A DNA stretch of 60,000 nucleotides, from contig CM119373.1 in NCBI GenBank assembly GCA_051294905.1, forward strand, positions 2,234,001-2,294,000, given 5' to 3'. The stretch's first letter is position 1. Each line of letters starts with the position of its first letter. The translations under genes and the position numbers were made by a program. Of the stretch, positions 23,992 to 36,229 are shown piece after piece. Source of the stretch: Botryllus schlosseri (lineage: Eukaryota). The notes beneath the pieces were generated by a model, which did not search any database, was not told the origin of the DNA, and worked only from the letters and a program-made list of their open reading frames with translations.

Positions 23992-25087
23992 CTGTAAGGT
24001 CAAAATGCGGTTTAACGCCACTACCATGGTCAGCAATCAGCATGACACGTTGTTACTAGTCTTACTACCAGTTGTAGACACTGTTGCGAAGCAACCAAGT
24101 GACCGAATCGTGGAATAAACCATAAGATATTGATATACCGGCGATTTGCAAATCACAAATAGCGTACCGTGACTCGGCCATTCTTATGATTCGAGTCGAG
24201 TTGTGAGAAATTTTTTCAAGTACCGAATTTACACACTCCTTCCCAGAGTTGATTCATCAATGAGAATTATAGTTTCTGTACTATTTTTTACGTTAGAACA
24301 CTTTAAACATAGATTGGTTGTATCCAAGTACACAAAATAAAGTGCAAAGCTACTTGTGTTAGTGGAAATTACATATTTGTGTAGTCAGGATCATTCCACA
24401 GCATTACCTCAAACTGTAATGATGTAGGCACTACATACCACATAATCTTTGATGCGGTGCAATGGTTTTGTGACTTTTGAGTTTGAAATGAGAAGGGCTT
24501 CGAACCCAAACCTACTTTTATTATTGATCACCAGGGCGATTTTTTTCACATGTCAAAAGTGTAGCGTTACGTCAACAAATTCTCAAAATTGTTCTCAAAG
24601 TCAAAATCTTTCTACAACCTGCATTTCGTTTGTATCGTAGAGTTTGCACTGGCAGTGAACGTATCATTTGACAACTTGTAGCCTGCATTATATACTTCAT
24701 AGATATCTAATTACATAGACGAGGTCAAAGAGTTGTCAAAATTAAGTTTTTTGAGGTCAAAAAAATATCAAGAATAAGCGTTAAGCAACTGGGACCACAA
24801 CTGCTCACTTTTCAAACTAAGCAACTTTCTAGAACTAGAACTACTCAGAAAAACCAGTAGCTAGTTTACAGCGAACCAACTAGACTGGAAGCTTGTACAA
24901 GTCTGTCGGCCGAGCCTCGCGCAGCGACCGAGTAGGCCTATGTGTTGTTCTAACACATGAAGTGACACAAGTAGAGTCAGATCGTTTTCCATGTTTAAGA
25001 AAATGACTCGAGCCGAGTCATTGTAAAAATTGTCACTCGAGTGATTCGTGAGTCGAGTCGTTACGATTCTGTTAGAGACGCTCTCAC

Positions 25088-27911
25088 CTGGCAGCATCCA
25101 TCAGCGACTCATGAGATCCGGTTTGCCTCAAAGGATACCCGGCCACGTCCTCATAGTCCCGCCGCCCTCGCGCGTTCTGCTGCTGCTGCTGCCCGCCACG
25201 GTACGATTTCCGCGTTGACTCCGAACGCGACAGCCTCTGCGGTTCCTGCGGACGCGCAGGCACCTCCCTACGGTGCAAATAGTCCTCGTAAGTCGGCAGA
25301 GGCGGCTGCTTGCGAGTGCGCAAGTCCGCGTAGTACTTAACAGGCTGCCTGTACGTCGGAGGCTCCGCGTAGGTGGGCTCAACGTGGTGATGTTGCGGGG
25401 AGAGATTATCCATCGCGCTTTTCGGCCTGGGCGCCATAGCAGGCTGATTACCGTGCGCTTCAGGGCCGGGGGTAAAAGTCCGTTGTTTAGCGAGCCTAGC
25501 CGCGCGCGAGTTTCCAGAAAAATGACTGCGTACGGCCGGACCATCAGGTCGGTACGCGTGCGTATTAGTCACCATTTTAGGGGCCGATTGTAAAACAGGT
25601 GCTGTCACTGATTTTTGACCCATTCCTCTATGCGTTGACACAGCGTATTGCTCGTAATATCCTTGTTTCGAACCAGGTCCTGAAGTTCTAGGCGGGGACT
25701 TGATTTTACCGATCGATTTCTGAGGCTGCTGTACTCGAGGCGAGCGTGCCATATTCTGCATCGCGGCAACTTGTTCTTTTTCGATACGTTTCCTTTCGAT
25801 ATGCTGCAAGAGCTTGTGTTTCCAATCCGCCAAAGGCGCGCTGGCCGTGTTCGTGGAAGACCTCGCTTTCGCGTACATGTTGTGCCTCACGGGAGGCGGG
25901 GAACATAAAGAATTCCTTGACCCTCGTATTCCGGAAGAATCGTGCTTCAACCTATGCTGTTCGCGCCTTTGATCGTCAGTACGGCGCTCGTAATTCACTC
26001 TCTGATCGCGCAAAAGCCTTTCCTCATCACTGTCCAAGAGCAACTGCCCCAACTGTTGCTCGATTGATTTAGATCGCGTCCTTCCGACGGTACCTGCGTG
26101 TTCCTCGCCTCCGTAGAAAGGCCCTAAGGATCGTTTATCATCATTTTCAGCAGCGGAAAGTGAATTCCGCGGGTTTGAATTACGCCTTTGCAGTAATTGT
26201 GCGGCAGGCGCGGACCCTGGTCTCGAACGCGCGATTCTAGAAGAAGAAGGAGACTTCACGGGCGCACCATTGCTACCGCGGTCTAACTTATTCTTCAATT
26301 TATCACTAACAGATTTCTTAACGGGAGACTTAAACTCGTGAGTGGACGGTGTCTGAAAGTGTTCGGGTACAGGAAAAGCGCTGTCTGCAGTTAATTTCTC
26401 AAGACCTGACCCGTCAGGGCTGGTAGGCTGCGACATGCTGTTAAAAGAAGCCTTGCGGGACAAGCTCAACGCGGCCCCGCCCTGGGCGGCTTTCGACGCG
26501 GCGGACACGCTCTTCTGTTGCTGCATGATTTTCTCCAATCTCTCCCGAAACTGAGTTTGTTTCGCGGACTCTCCAGAGTCGGAACGGCTTCTCGTGATCT
26601 TACGCCGATCGGGGGCTGTCGAAATCTCGTTCAAAGCCTTACTGAAGGCGGCCGCGTCCGTTATATCGTCGTTTCGTCGCGAAAACACGACTTCCCTAGT
26701 TTCAGACATAATTTCGCGTGGGATCTGTGGCTTCACCGGAGGCTCAGGCGCCTTTTCCAAGACACTATCGTCAAGATGATTGTTCGGTTTTATAATCGCC
26801 TTATCATCAATGCGTCTGGGCCCGGTAGGTAATAAATCGGCCAGCGTCTTAGACCCGGCGTTCGGCGATTTCGGATCTACAGATATGCTTTCAAACATCT
26901 TAATGCTAGCTGCGATTTTACTAGGTTTCGGCGGTACCGCGGGCGCCGTAGCTTTCGTAGCACCTTCCTCACACTCAGGGATGGATTCTTGGCTGTCCAC
27001 ATCATTGCCGACACCTGAATCGCGGTCTGTAGGGGGGAGACCGTCCAAGGGTGGCCTGTCGTCTAAAGGCGGCAAGGGCAGGTCTTCCGAATCGTACGAC
27101 AGCGATTTTTGACGGTTCAAAAGCGCTGGAGTGAAAATTTTCAAGCCCGACGGTGTCGCCGGCGTTGACACCGTCGCGCTCGTAGACGCAGTCGTTTTCG
27201 GTGACACCGTCGGTAATTTGGAAGCACCGCCTGTCTCGTTTTGCGCGAATTTTGTCTTGTTCAGCAGAGAATCTTTGCGCGGAGGGGGCGGCGGTTTTGG
27301 TTTTTTCGGAGATTTCCCGAGTTGAGCTTTTAGCACGAGCGCGGAAGCGTCGCTTTCGTCCGAAATCTCGCTGTCCACGAAAGGAATGTCTTCCAGAGGG
27401 TCTTTACGCGGAGGTTTTGGCGAATTATCAATCTTAATCTCGCCTATCGAGTCCGCAGGGCCTTTGTTGAAGATAGCCTGGCTTGGGATAGGCAGTCTCG
27501 TGACTTTTGTCACGTTTTCTGCACCGTTCGAGCTTGACACCGATGATTGATCGCTTATTATCTCCGCGGCTACAGGCTTCAAATCGCCGCTACTGTTAGG
27601 AATCGCGGGCAAGTGAGAATGAGAAGACCACGTTTTTATGCGTGGAGAGTCTTCGTATTCGGAATCTGCTGGAGATTCGATCTCCGGGTTAGACAGGATA
27701 GTGTCCTCTTCCGGTTTTTCAGGAGATTTACGGAGATCGGGGACAGAAACGGATTTCGGTTCGCTTTCGGTCTCTTCGACTTGTGTTTTGGGAGATGCTG
27801 CTGCCCGCTCGTCTGATTGGTCCTCTGCGTTGATGGCGTGGTAGGACGGAGGCCGGAGTTCGTCCGATAGCAATCCGTTTGTCGGAGAGACTACAGCAGA
27901 TTCTGGCCCGT
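25088..27911 (-). CDS. ERBIN: Erbin/LRRC7-like, coding exon 11 (2.8-kb low-complexity linker exon)
   Basis: 946-aa ORF in the track; acceptor gtttttcag at 27912, donor AG|gtgaga at 25087; 2824 nt, phase 1-2, consistent with neighbours; S/P/E/K-rich. Confidence 0.9.
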
Positions 27912-28263
27912 CTGAAAAACGCAAAATATGGTCAGGTCGAAATCGCTTGCGTCCGAATTCTCAACTCTCGGGCCGGCATAAACAGTTATCCCGACTGATC
28001 CGTGGTCAATGGTCACATGAGCACTATGCGACAGAATAGTATACGACACTCGAGCAGCAGGGGTGTTCAAAAATTACTTTTTTAATCAAATTTTACTGGC
28101 TACATTGCTACGAGAGAATATAGTTATTTATTTATTATACGAAAATAAATGAAAAATATTTCAAAATTTTCTGTCCACTGTTTGGATGCCCCTGCTTTAC
28201 AATCTTTTATAAGGCTGTCGTGGCTTGATTTCAAACCACACTGGCAGGTCATAAGAAACTTAC

Positions 28264-28385
28264 CTATCGAGTCGTCCGACTTGTCTGGCGACCTTACAGA
28301 TAAAGTAAGGGGCTGCAAATGTAGACCGTTGTTCGACATGACTGCGTCTGAAACGTCCACGGAATTTCCTTGGTCGCTAACGGGG
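28264..28385 (-). CDS. ERBIN: Erbin/LRRC7-like, coding exon 10
   Basis: Acceptor ttttcgttacag, donor G|gtaagt; 122 nt, phase 2-1; PVSDQGNSVD..DKSDDSI. Confidence 0.8.
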
Positions 28386-28853
28386 CTGTAACGAAAACAG
28401 TCCATATAAAGTTATATAATGATGCACGAAGAAATAGAAAACGGCGAAATAACAACAACTGTGTTACTAGAGCATATTAGACGCCACCAAATTCTTCCAA
28501 GGCACAGGAGAAATAAGCTGCTCCGCCAAGCCTATTCCCGCTTCTACCATGTTTTTAGGCAAAACGACTCGCTTTTCTGGTATCTGTGTTTTGTAAAACA
28601 GAAACTAGATGTTTCAATCATTTTCATGGGTGAAATCGTCAAGGCAATCATTCGAATTAGCCCCTCTCATGGGAATTGTATACATTTTGATATTATCAAC
28701 TATTCGTAGAGTCCCTAGCCATTTTTTTATAATTCGCAAAGATACATCTCGCATTTCAAAAGCACCCACCTCCGATCAACCGCCAAAAGTATGAAAATAT
28801 GAAAATGCTATCCAATTGTATATTGATGATGGGTCGAGAACTTTTGTACTCAC

Positions 28854-29088
28854 AATTTCTCATTGGAATTGTGGTCTTTCGCCGGAATGTCAATAACCAT
28901 GACCCCGTTCTCCCTTATCTTGTCCTCGTCCGAGTAATCATCGTCCGAGCTGTTGTAGCAGACCGGCCTCAGGTTAAAAGCGACCCGGGTCACCCCCCGC
29001 TGTTTACGGAACAATGGAGGCTCGTCGTCGTCCGCAGCGTCGTTGGCGTACCCGTCCGAATCGGTTTTTGCTCGCGATTTCAGAGTGC
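28854..29088 (-). CDS. ERBIN: Erbin/LRRC7-like, coding exon 9
   Basis: Acceptor ctgacgcag, donor TT|gtgagt; 235 nt, phase 1-2; acidic TLKSRAKTDSDG..RVAFNL..DDDYSDEDK. Confidence 0.8.
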
Positions 29089-29142
29089 CTGCGTCAGAGT
29101 GACGATCATTAAGTCGGGATTGCGCGGGAAATCAATCATAAT

Positions 29143-29785
29143 TAGGGCAATTGTTTTTACACCTAAAAAAATGGAAGATTTTGACCTAAAAAACAGAATT
29201 TTGACCAAATGTTGCCCTCGTGTATGTAAATTAGGCGTTTTCGCACATGTCAGAATTGTACTGCTGATCTTCATTTCAGGTTGGAACTGTCTGCACTTAC
29301 AAAGTAGTTTACCCTGAAAAAACTTATCGACTCGAAAACTGACAAATTTTTACAAGAAAAAAACTTTTATATTAACGAAATCTGGACCTATAAAGAATTA
29401 CAGTAGTTACATCACGAGTTGAGGTAGATATAATATAAATTTGTTGTAGTACAATGAAAGATACTTTCCCACTTTCTTGGGTAGAAAATGTCTATAAGAG
29501 TCTTGCTTCAGTAAGGATATTGCGGTACGTTGAGCATAACACCACGCCAACCTATTTGTTTCATTTGGCCGTAAATGATTCACAAGGAACAGACAATGGG
29601 CCGTCTACAACGGTCGGCTACAAGATGTAAAATATCAAATGATAAGATCACCGACGGTGCAAACATCTACGGTACACACGAAATTCAGGTTGAAAAAAAT
29701 TTTTGACTTTGTGAACAATATTGACAATTTTTTCACCTAATGCTACAATTTTGACAAAATTGTGCAATGTCAAAAAATTGCCCTA
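29143..29785. mobile_element. MITE with TAGGGCAATT termini
   Basis: TIR TAGGGCAATT / AATTGCCCTA; flanking ATAAT direct repeat (boundary ambiguous, could be a TAA TSD); second copy at 11406-12255. Confidence 0.75.
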
Positions 29786-29970
29786 ATAATATTAATATAT
29801 TACGTTATATAGAATCCATTAATTAGCTTTCGGTGTGTAACTACGAAATCTACATCGGAGTATTTAGTCGTATTGAATATTATTTGGTATTTTTCAACAA
29901 TAGCTATTTCAATGCAGAATGACATCCCATACACACGGAATCTAAAAATTCTCAGATTTTTCCACCATAC

Positions 29971-30131
29971 CCTGTTCTGTTTGCGGGAACAAGACATTGG
30001 TGAGTATCCTGGTTTTCCCGTCGCCCGCCAATTCTGCGTGCAGCGGCACGTTGGGCTTCGACTGGTTAGAGCTCACCCACAAAGCCTCCAGCTGCGCCAG
30101 CTTGATCACCGTGATAGGCAGATACGGAAGT
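29971..30131 (-). CDS. ERBIN: Erbin/LRRC7-like, coding exon 8 (LAP-specific domains)
   Basis: 161 nt, phase 2-1; LPYLPITVIKLAQLEALWVSSNQSKPNVPL..ILTNVLFPQ is the LAPSD signature (W.S.NQSKP..L..VLTN.LFPQ). Confidence 0.93.
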
Positions 30132-30291
30132 CTGGAAACAAATAATTTTAAATGCATTGCAGTTTGGATTTGGAAATACCAGCTTCGATGATTCGGCCAC
30201 GCTTCAATTTGGGATTTTAAAAAGCGGATTTAAACAGGGCAATTTTAACATCGACTTTTTTTCAAAGTACCCAGTACCAGACTTATAATAA

Positions 30292-30902
30292 CTAGAAAAG
30301 TAGTTCTAGTAGTTCTAGTTCTAATAGTTCTAGTTCTAGTAGTTCTAGTTCTAGTAGTTCTAGTTCTAGTAGTTCTAGTTCTAGTAGTTCTAGTTCTAGT
30401 AGTTCTAGTTCTAGTAGTTCTAGTTCTAGTAGTTCTAGTTCTAGTAGTTCTAGTTCTAGTAGTTCTAGTTCTAGTAGTTCTAGTAGTTCTAGTAGTTCTA
30501 GTAGTTCTAGTTCTAGTAGTTCTAGTTCTAGTAGTTCTAGTTCTAGTAGTTCTAGTTCTAGTAGTTCTAGTTCTAGTAGTTCTAGTTCTAGTAGTTCTAG
30601 TTCTAGTAGTTCTAGTTCTAGTAGTTCTAGTTCTAGTAGTTCTAGTTCTAGTAGTTCTAGTTCTAGTAGTTCTAGTTCTAGTAGTTCTAGTTCTAGTAGT
30701 TCTAGTTCTAGTAGTTCTAGTTCTAGTAGTTCTAGTTCTAGTAGTTCTAGTTCTAGTAGTTCTAGTTCTAGTAGTTCTAGTTCTAGTAGTTCTAGTTCTA
30801 GTAGTTCTAGTTCTAGAAAAGTAGTTCTAGTAGTTCTAGTTCTAATAGTTCTAGTTCTAGTAGTTCTAGTTCTAGTAGTTCTAGTTCTAGTAGTTCTAGT
30901 TC
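30292..30902. repeat. Homogeneous 15-bp minisatellite (CTAGTTCTAGTAGTT)n, about 40 units
   Basis: Directly visible tandem array in the intron between exons 7 and 8; degenerate inverted units (ctagaactag) follow at 31140-31510. Confidence 0.95.
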
Positions 30903-31554
30903 TAAATGCGGATTTGGAAAAGTGAGTAGTTCTAGTTCTAGCTCTAGTTGCGAATTTTGAAAATGCAGTAGCCTGCCCAATATGGCAATCAGCTAATGTT
31001 GGAATATACATTCAGGATTTGGATTCGAGCTTGGATGCCTTGACTCAAACGCGGGCGCGATTTCCAAACAAGAACTACGTTAGACTCCAAACATACAATG
31101 GCAGCAACTTAAAAGTGGAAGTGGACACAACCACTTTTCAATTCGACCAATTAGAACTAAAACTAGAGCTGTTCTCCTTCTAAAACTAGCTACCGTACTA
31201 GAACAAGCATTAGAACTACTCACTTTATTCAAATCCACCCAACAACAACTGGAACTAGAACTACTCCCATCTCAAACCTAGCAGCTAGAACAACTGGCCT
31301 ATTAGTACGAGCAACTAGAGCTAGCACTACTCACATTTCAAATCTAACAACTAAGACTAGAACCAGAACTACCGACCTTGTAACGCAGCAACTAGAACTA
31401 GCACTAGAACCACTAGTCTTTCGAAACTAGCAGCTAGAACTGCCACTAGCACTACTCACTTTTCTCGAATCTAGCAAACTAGAACTAGAACTACTCAAAA
31501 AACTGTAGTTAGTTGAATATCAATAAACCTGTCTACCGACAATCAACCGCATAC

Positions 31555-31725
31555 CTGTTCCTGCAAATGTTGAACACCCTCAACTCCGAGAGTTCCCCGA
31601 CCTCCTTGGGTATCTCGTCGAGCCTGTTCCTGCTCAGCTGCAGCACGTTGAGCCTCTCGCAGCCGCCGATCTCTGCCGGCACGTACGACAGCGCGTTATT
31701 GTCCAGCAGCAGCGTGTGCATCATC
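31555..31725 (-). CDS. ERBIN: Erbin/LRRC7-like, coding exon 7 (LRRs)
   Basis: 171 nt, phase 2-2; MMHTLLLDNNALSYVPAEIGGCERLNVLQLSRNRLDEIPKEVG.. Confidence 0.92.
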
Positions 31726-31827
31726 CTGCGCGGAAAAGTTGACGTTTGACAATCTGAAGCCACCTTATTTACTGCTTATTTAGTCGTTTAAGACTCGACA
31801 TGCTATCGATCATGGTTGTATGTTAAC

Positions 31828-32410
31828 TAGGGTCGAGTCACTTTCAATTCACCACCGAGTCAATTCCAAGTCCAAGTCAGCTAGTAGAGGGTCGAGTCCG
31901 AGTCATCATGTTTTGACTCGAGTCCGAGTCCAATTCATTACGTTCACTGTTCAGTTTTCAGCTCAATCCGTTTAAAACCACTTTTTTAACTCTGCTCGAG
32001 TGATACAGAATGGCTCGCATTCATAATATAGCAATTTTCCTTAGTTTTCACAGTTTCTGGCCCCATTTTTCAATTATCCCGACTTATAGACGAAATACCA
32101 ATTTACTATTCTTCGAAGTTACAATGAAATGTCTGTCTTGGCCGTCCTAGTCTCGAGTCATATGACTTGGTTTGAGTCATACACAGTGACTCGTGTACAA
32201 GTCGTGTTGATACAAAAATGACTCGAGTCAAGTCGAGTCATTTACACATGTGACAAAATGACTCAAGTCAGCCCACAAGTCGAGTCAATACAAAAATTGA
32301 CTCGAGTCGAGTCAATTTACGCATTAGAAAAACTGACTCGCGTCAAGTCGAGTCACCAAACAATCGCGACTCGAGTCGAGTCAACACAACCCGGTTGGTG
32401 GCCAGCCCTG
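31828..32410. repeat. GACTCGAGTC-rich interspersed repeat (probable non-autonomous DNA transposon remnant)
   Basis: Many palindromic GACTCGAGTC(GAGTC) units; related fragments at about 3185-3215, 7005-7030, 24170-24205, 25005-25062. Confidence 0.6.
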
Positions 32411-32499
32411 TAAGCTTGGCACCAAAATTTGACATGTGTGCTGACATATATCTGGATCTGTAGTCGACATGATCAACTACTCAATACAAGTATACTTAC

Positions 32500-32647
32500 G
32501 TTAAATTCCCGATGGTGGGCGGTATCTCCTCCAGTTTATTGTGGGACAAGTCCAGCTCCTCGACTTCTTTCAATTTCCCTATGCTCTCCGGGATTCTGAC
32601 GAGCTGGTTCATGGAAGCCTTCAGCATGGTCAGCTTGTCGAGGAAAC
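32500..32647 (-). CDS. ERBIN: Erbin/LRRC7-like, coding exon 6 (LRRs)
   Basis: 148 nt, phase 1-2; FLDKLTMLKASMNQLVRIPESIGKLKEVEELDLSHNKLEEIPPTIGNL; AG/GTAAGT bounded. Confidence 0.92.
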
Positions 32648-33384
32648 CTGCGAAGATATCGTTACACATGGTAATGAAATACTAGAATGCATGGTAGAGT
32701 AGAATAAGCCACAAATAAGTGGCAGCAGACAATGTAAATTGTTCCAAATTAGGTAACCCAGCATCGGTGGCATCACAATACTACCGTGTACCAGATACCC
32801 AATCCAGAATACAAAAACAAATAACAATCATGCAATACCATGTCATCATGTACCAGTGTGGCAGTCGCAGACTATAGTTTTTTGACTTCCTTATGCCAAG
32901 AAAATTGCCGATATGGAAATTCACAGCAGAAAGTAGAAATTTACATTATCATTACAAAGTGAATACCAACGGTGACTAGTTTTGTTATGTTCGTAGATTT
33001 ACATTGGTATCATGTGACACTTTATCGGTAGGCTATATGGCTAATAATTCGTGTTGATCATTATTTCCTCTTGTGCCATGCTTCGCATTTATACCCTGCG
33101 TTCTATAAGCTCTATTAATAGTGACCGTATCGTGTTGGCTTGCGGTAGAGTGATTCTGTTGTTAAATGTTAAATACATTGCATTCTCATTGGAAGTTTGT
33201 CGAATATATTTACTGTTGTACCAAGACCTAGAACGTAACAACTTTAAGCAACCGTAAAAGCAACATGTCACCGCTAGAGGGCGCGAGTGCATTACAAACA
33301 TATCGATTAGAAGTCAATTCGAAGATATTGAAAAGTGTTGTAGTTGGAGCGTCAACATACAATTGAGTAGTATATTGAGTTATT

Positions 33385-33530
33385 GATATTCGAATAGCTT
33401 CTTGGAGGTACAGAACTTCAATATACAATTGTATAGTATATTCATATTGAAATGAACCCGAATAGTTTCGGCTGACACTCGTCAAGGCAATAGTCAGCAA
33501 CTGTTAGAGAATTGGAAAGAACATTGTATA
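33385..33530 (-). mobile_element. Hammerhead-bearing short retro-repeat, copy 2 (core C-to-T change)
   Basis: Minus strand GCTGACTATTGCC-TTGACGA-G-TGTCAGC-C-GAAA-CTAT-T-C-GGGTTCA plus shared flanks. Confidence 0.75.
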
Positions 33531-34599
33531 TCAACAAATATACAGACGTGGTTGGCATATATTGATAAAAGTCGACTCCAAGGCACCCAAATGATGGCGT
33601 TAACTGCCGCTCCCGGCAACGCGAAATGTGTGTCTCAATAATTTTTCGCACAGGATTATCCAACAAATGTTGGTCAATTGCAGAATTAATGGCCTTGCCA
33701 GATACTGATAACCAGACAAGGCTACAGCTGGTTTCAGAGCAACACGTTATTTAGCAACTCTCCGGAAACATCTCTATTTCTATGCCTAACATAGTAATTG
33801 TATATATAGGCAAAAACGCGATCTTGTGCCGCGACAATACGCTGCCATATGAGCGTCGCCCCAGATTTAAACCCATTTTTCAAGCGACTATTTATCGCCA
33901 AACACGACCCGCGCAATAACTAGGTCTGCGCGCAAATCAGGGCATGAACAGACACCTTCGAAATATACCGAAAACCGCTACGTTTCGCAGAATCGGATAT
34001 TAACCGCCGCCACGCCGAGAATACAATCGCCACATCGTAAAAACACTCGTAAAGTTGTTTGCGCAACCTACATTCGCGAACCACGCGTTACGACCAGACT
34101 ACAACTAAGATATGTTCAGCTGTTCCTAATCACATTGGAAGAAGAACTATAGCAACACGTTTTTTCACCAAATTAGATTATAATTACTTGTAAATTGCGT
34201 TGGATTCCGAATTAAACGAGAATAGCAAATGTCTACACAGCAAGCCTGGATCGTTTCGTACTACACAGTTCTTATGTGGCATTTTCAGATAGGCTAAACC
34301 AGGAATCGGATTAAAATGAGATTGAGAGCGTTTCACAATTTAGATTAACATTGAGTCTGATTCCACAACTATAATTACCTAGTTATTCCAAGTCTAGTTA
34401 CTACGAAGTGCCATCTAAAGACGCATGGGCGAAAACCAGCGACGTAGACCAGTCAATTCCGGCGGTGTTGTCTGCCCACGCCGCACGGCGCTAAGCAAAT
34501 ACAATACTCGCGCGTGAATACATATTTACAGGCGGTTTCGAAATCACGCGACGGCGTACCAGAATATATTTCAGGCGGGCACGGTTCGCTATATAGGCT

Positions 34600-35125
34600 A
34601 CGAGTACGAGAGAAGAAAGTTTCTATTTATTATTTTTTTTTTAATTTACCGTTCACGACATGAAATTGTCAGGTTGTCTATAGAAACGATGCTCACCAAA
34701 TTTGGCTAAATTCCAACCAATGGAAGCGGAGTTATTGTAGATGAAAAATTTGGATTTGAATAAAATAGTATTTACGGTGGAAAATTCTGCAATTATTTAT
34801 TATAGTTCTACCCACGGTTAAATCTTTGTTTTGAAATCTCAAGATTTTAACATCAATAACCTCGTTTCTACTGGTTCGAATTGAGTCGTATCTGATGAGA
34901 ATCGTTTCCATAGACAACCTAACAATTTCGTGGGGCGAACAGAAAAATTTGAAAATTGCATTCATTTTTATATGATAAATAAATAACTTTCTTCTGCTGT
35001 AGCAATACGGCTACTGGTTGGAATTGAACCAAAATTGGTTTGCAGCGTTATTTTTCGATATCCTAGCAAATTTATCAAGTAGCCAGTACAATTTAAAGGA
35101 AAAAAATCAGTTTTGAACAGCCCTA
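34600..35125. mobile_element. Left-truncated copy of the TAGGGCTGTTCAAAA foldback MITE family
   Basis: Ends TTTTGAACAGCCCTA at 35125; internal inverted arms shared with 39483-40012 and 52520-52913. Confidence 0.75.
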
Positions 35126-35739
35126 GTAACAAAGCTGATCTACTTTTCCGAGATGCTCAAGTACTTTTTGCCTTGAGTTCAATTACTTAAGTGGTTATGT
35201 TTGTATGCTACTTCTACCTTTACTTAATAACATTTTTGAGCAAAGCTACATAGTTTCTACGAATTGTACATTAATACGCCTCGGCATGCAATTCCATCCT
35301 GCGCAATGATGAAATTTTAACAAATTCGTCGATGATTTGCATCCTGAGCCAATGGTTTCCAAGAAAATTTTAATTCGGTCCGGAATAATACAGATCGGTG
35401 AAGCCTTGCGACCCGCACAGAGGGTCATGCTATTTCTACTGATCAAATTGCCACGAAATTTTGACGCAAAATGAGTATTAGCGCCAAATAAGATTCCTTG
35501 ATTGTGTATTTTATTTCATGTTTTGTCGAAAAACATACCAAATTAACTCTGTGATGTAGAAGGCAGAGCTGACATTCGATTTTTGTAGCATAAAGATGCA
35601 TATTTCAATAACAGAGCAATCAGGTGACCCATGCTTTGGTAATCGCTGGCCTACGCCATGAACACACCTATTTTCCAGTGGTATATATTGTACAGCGTAT
35701 CACTCTGGTAACGTTAGGCTTATGTAAGCACGCACTTAC

Positions 35740-35959
35740 CTATCGAATCCGGCAGATACGTGATGTGATTCTCGCACAGCAGCAGGTCCGTGAGCTGCCT
35801 CAGCGAGCCGATCTGGCCCGGTATCGACTCTATGAAGTTCCTGCTCAGGTCCAGGTAAACCAGCGCGCTCAGCTCGCCCACCTGCTCCGGCACTTTACCC
35901 AGCTCGTTGCCATCCAGCCACAGCTCCGTGAGCCGGCGAAGCTCGCACACCACGTCCGG
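35740..35959 (-). CDS. ERBIN: Erbin/LRRC7-like, coding exon 5 (LRRs)
   Basis: 220 nt, phase 0-1; PDVVCELRRLTELWLDGNEL..LVYLDLSRNFIE..LTDLLLCENHITYLPDSI. Confidence 0.93.
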
Positions 35960-36229
35960 CTGCGCGCAAAGGAGACCGTGAATACAAATGGCCCACATGT
36001 CGCAACTATATATACCCGTGCGCAGAGTATACAATAAATCGAAAAATATTTTCAATCGCAAATAACAGACTGTAATCTATGACGTAACAATTTCAAATAT
36101 GCAACACAGCTGGCAGTACTGGATAATGTGTTATAAATAGGGCCGCGCACAACGATTCGGTAATAATTTCAAGGATTCTAGTCAAGCAGTCCTTAAGATC
36201 GGGAACAATTTTCGGCGATGCGGAATCGT

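Noticed and set aside
25041..27844. Many plus-strand and alternate-frame ORFs overlapping the large exon
   Set aside because: Shadow ORFs of a GC-richer coding exon; no recognisable domains.
25084..27924. 946-aa ORF as a stand-alone intronless gene
   Set aside because: Starts at a TTG inside a polypyrimidine acceptor and ends at a GT donor; phases match the adjacent LAP exons, so it is an internal exon.
30292..31011. 239-aa ORF of LELLE repeats
   Set aside because: Translation of a 15-bp intronic minisatellite; no splice sites fit and the flanking exons already join in phase.
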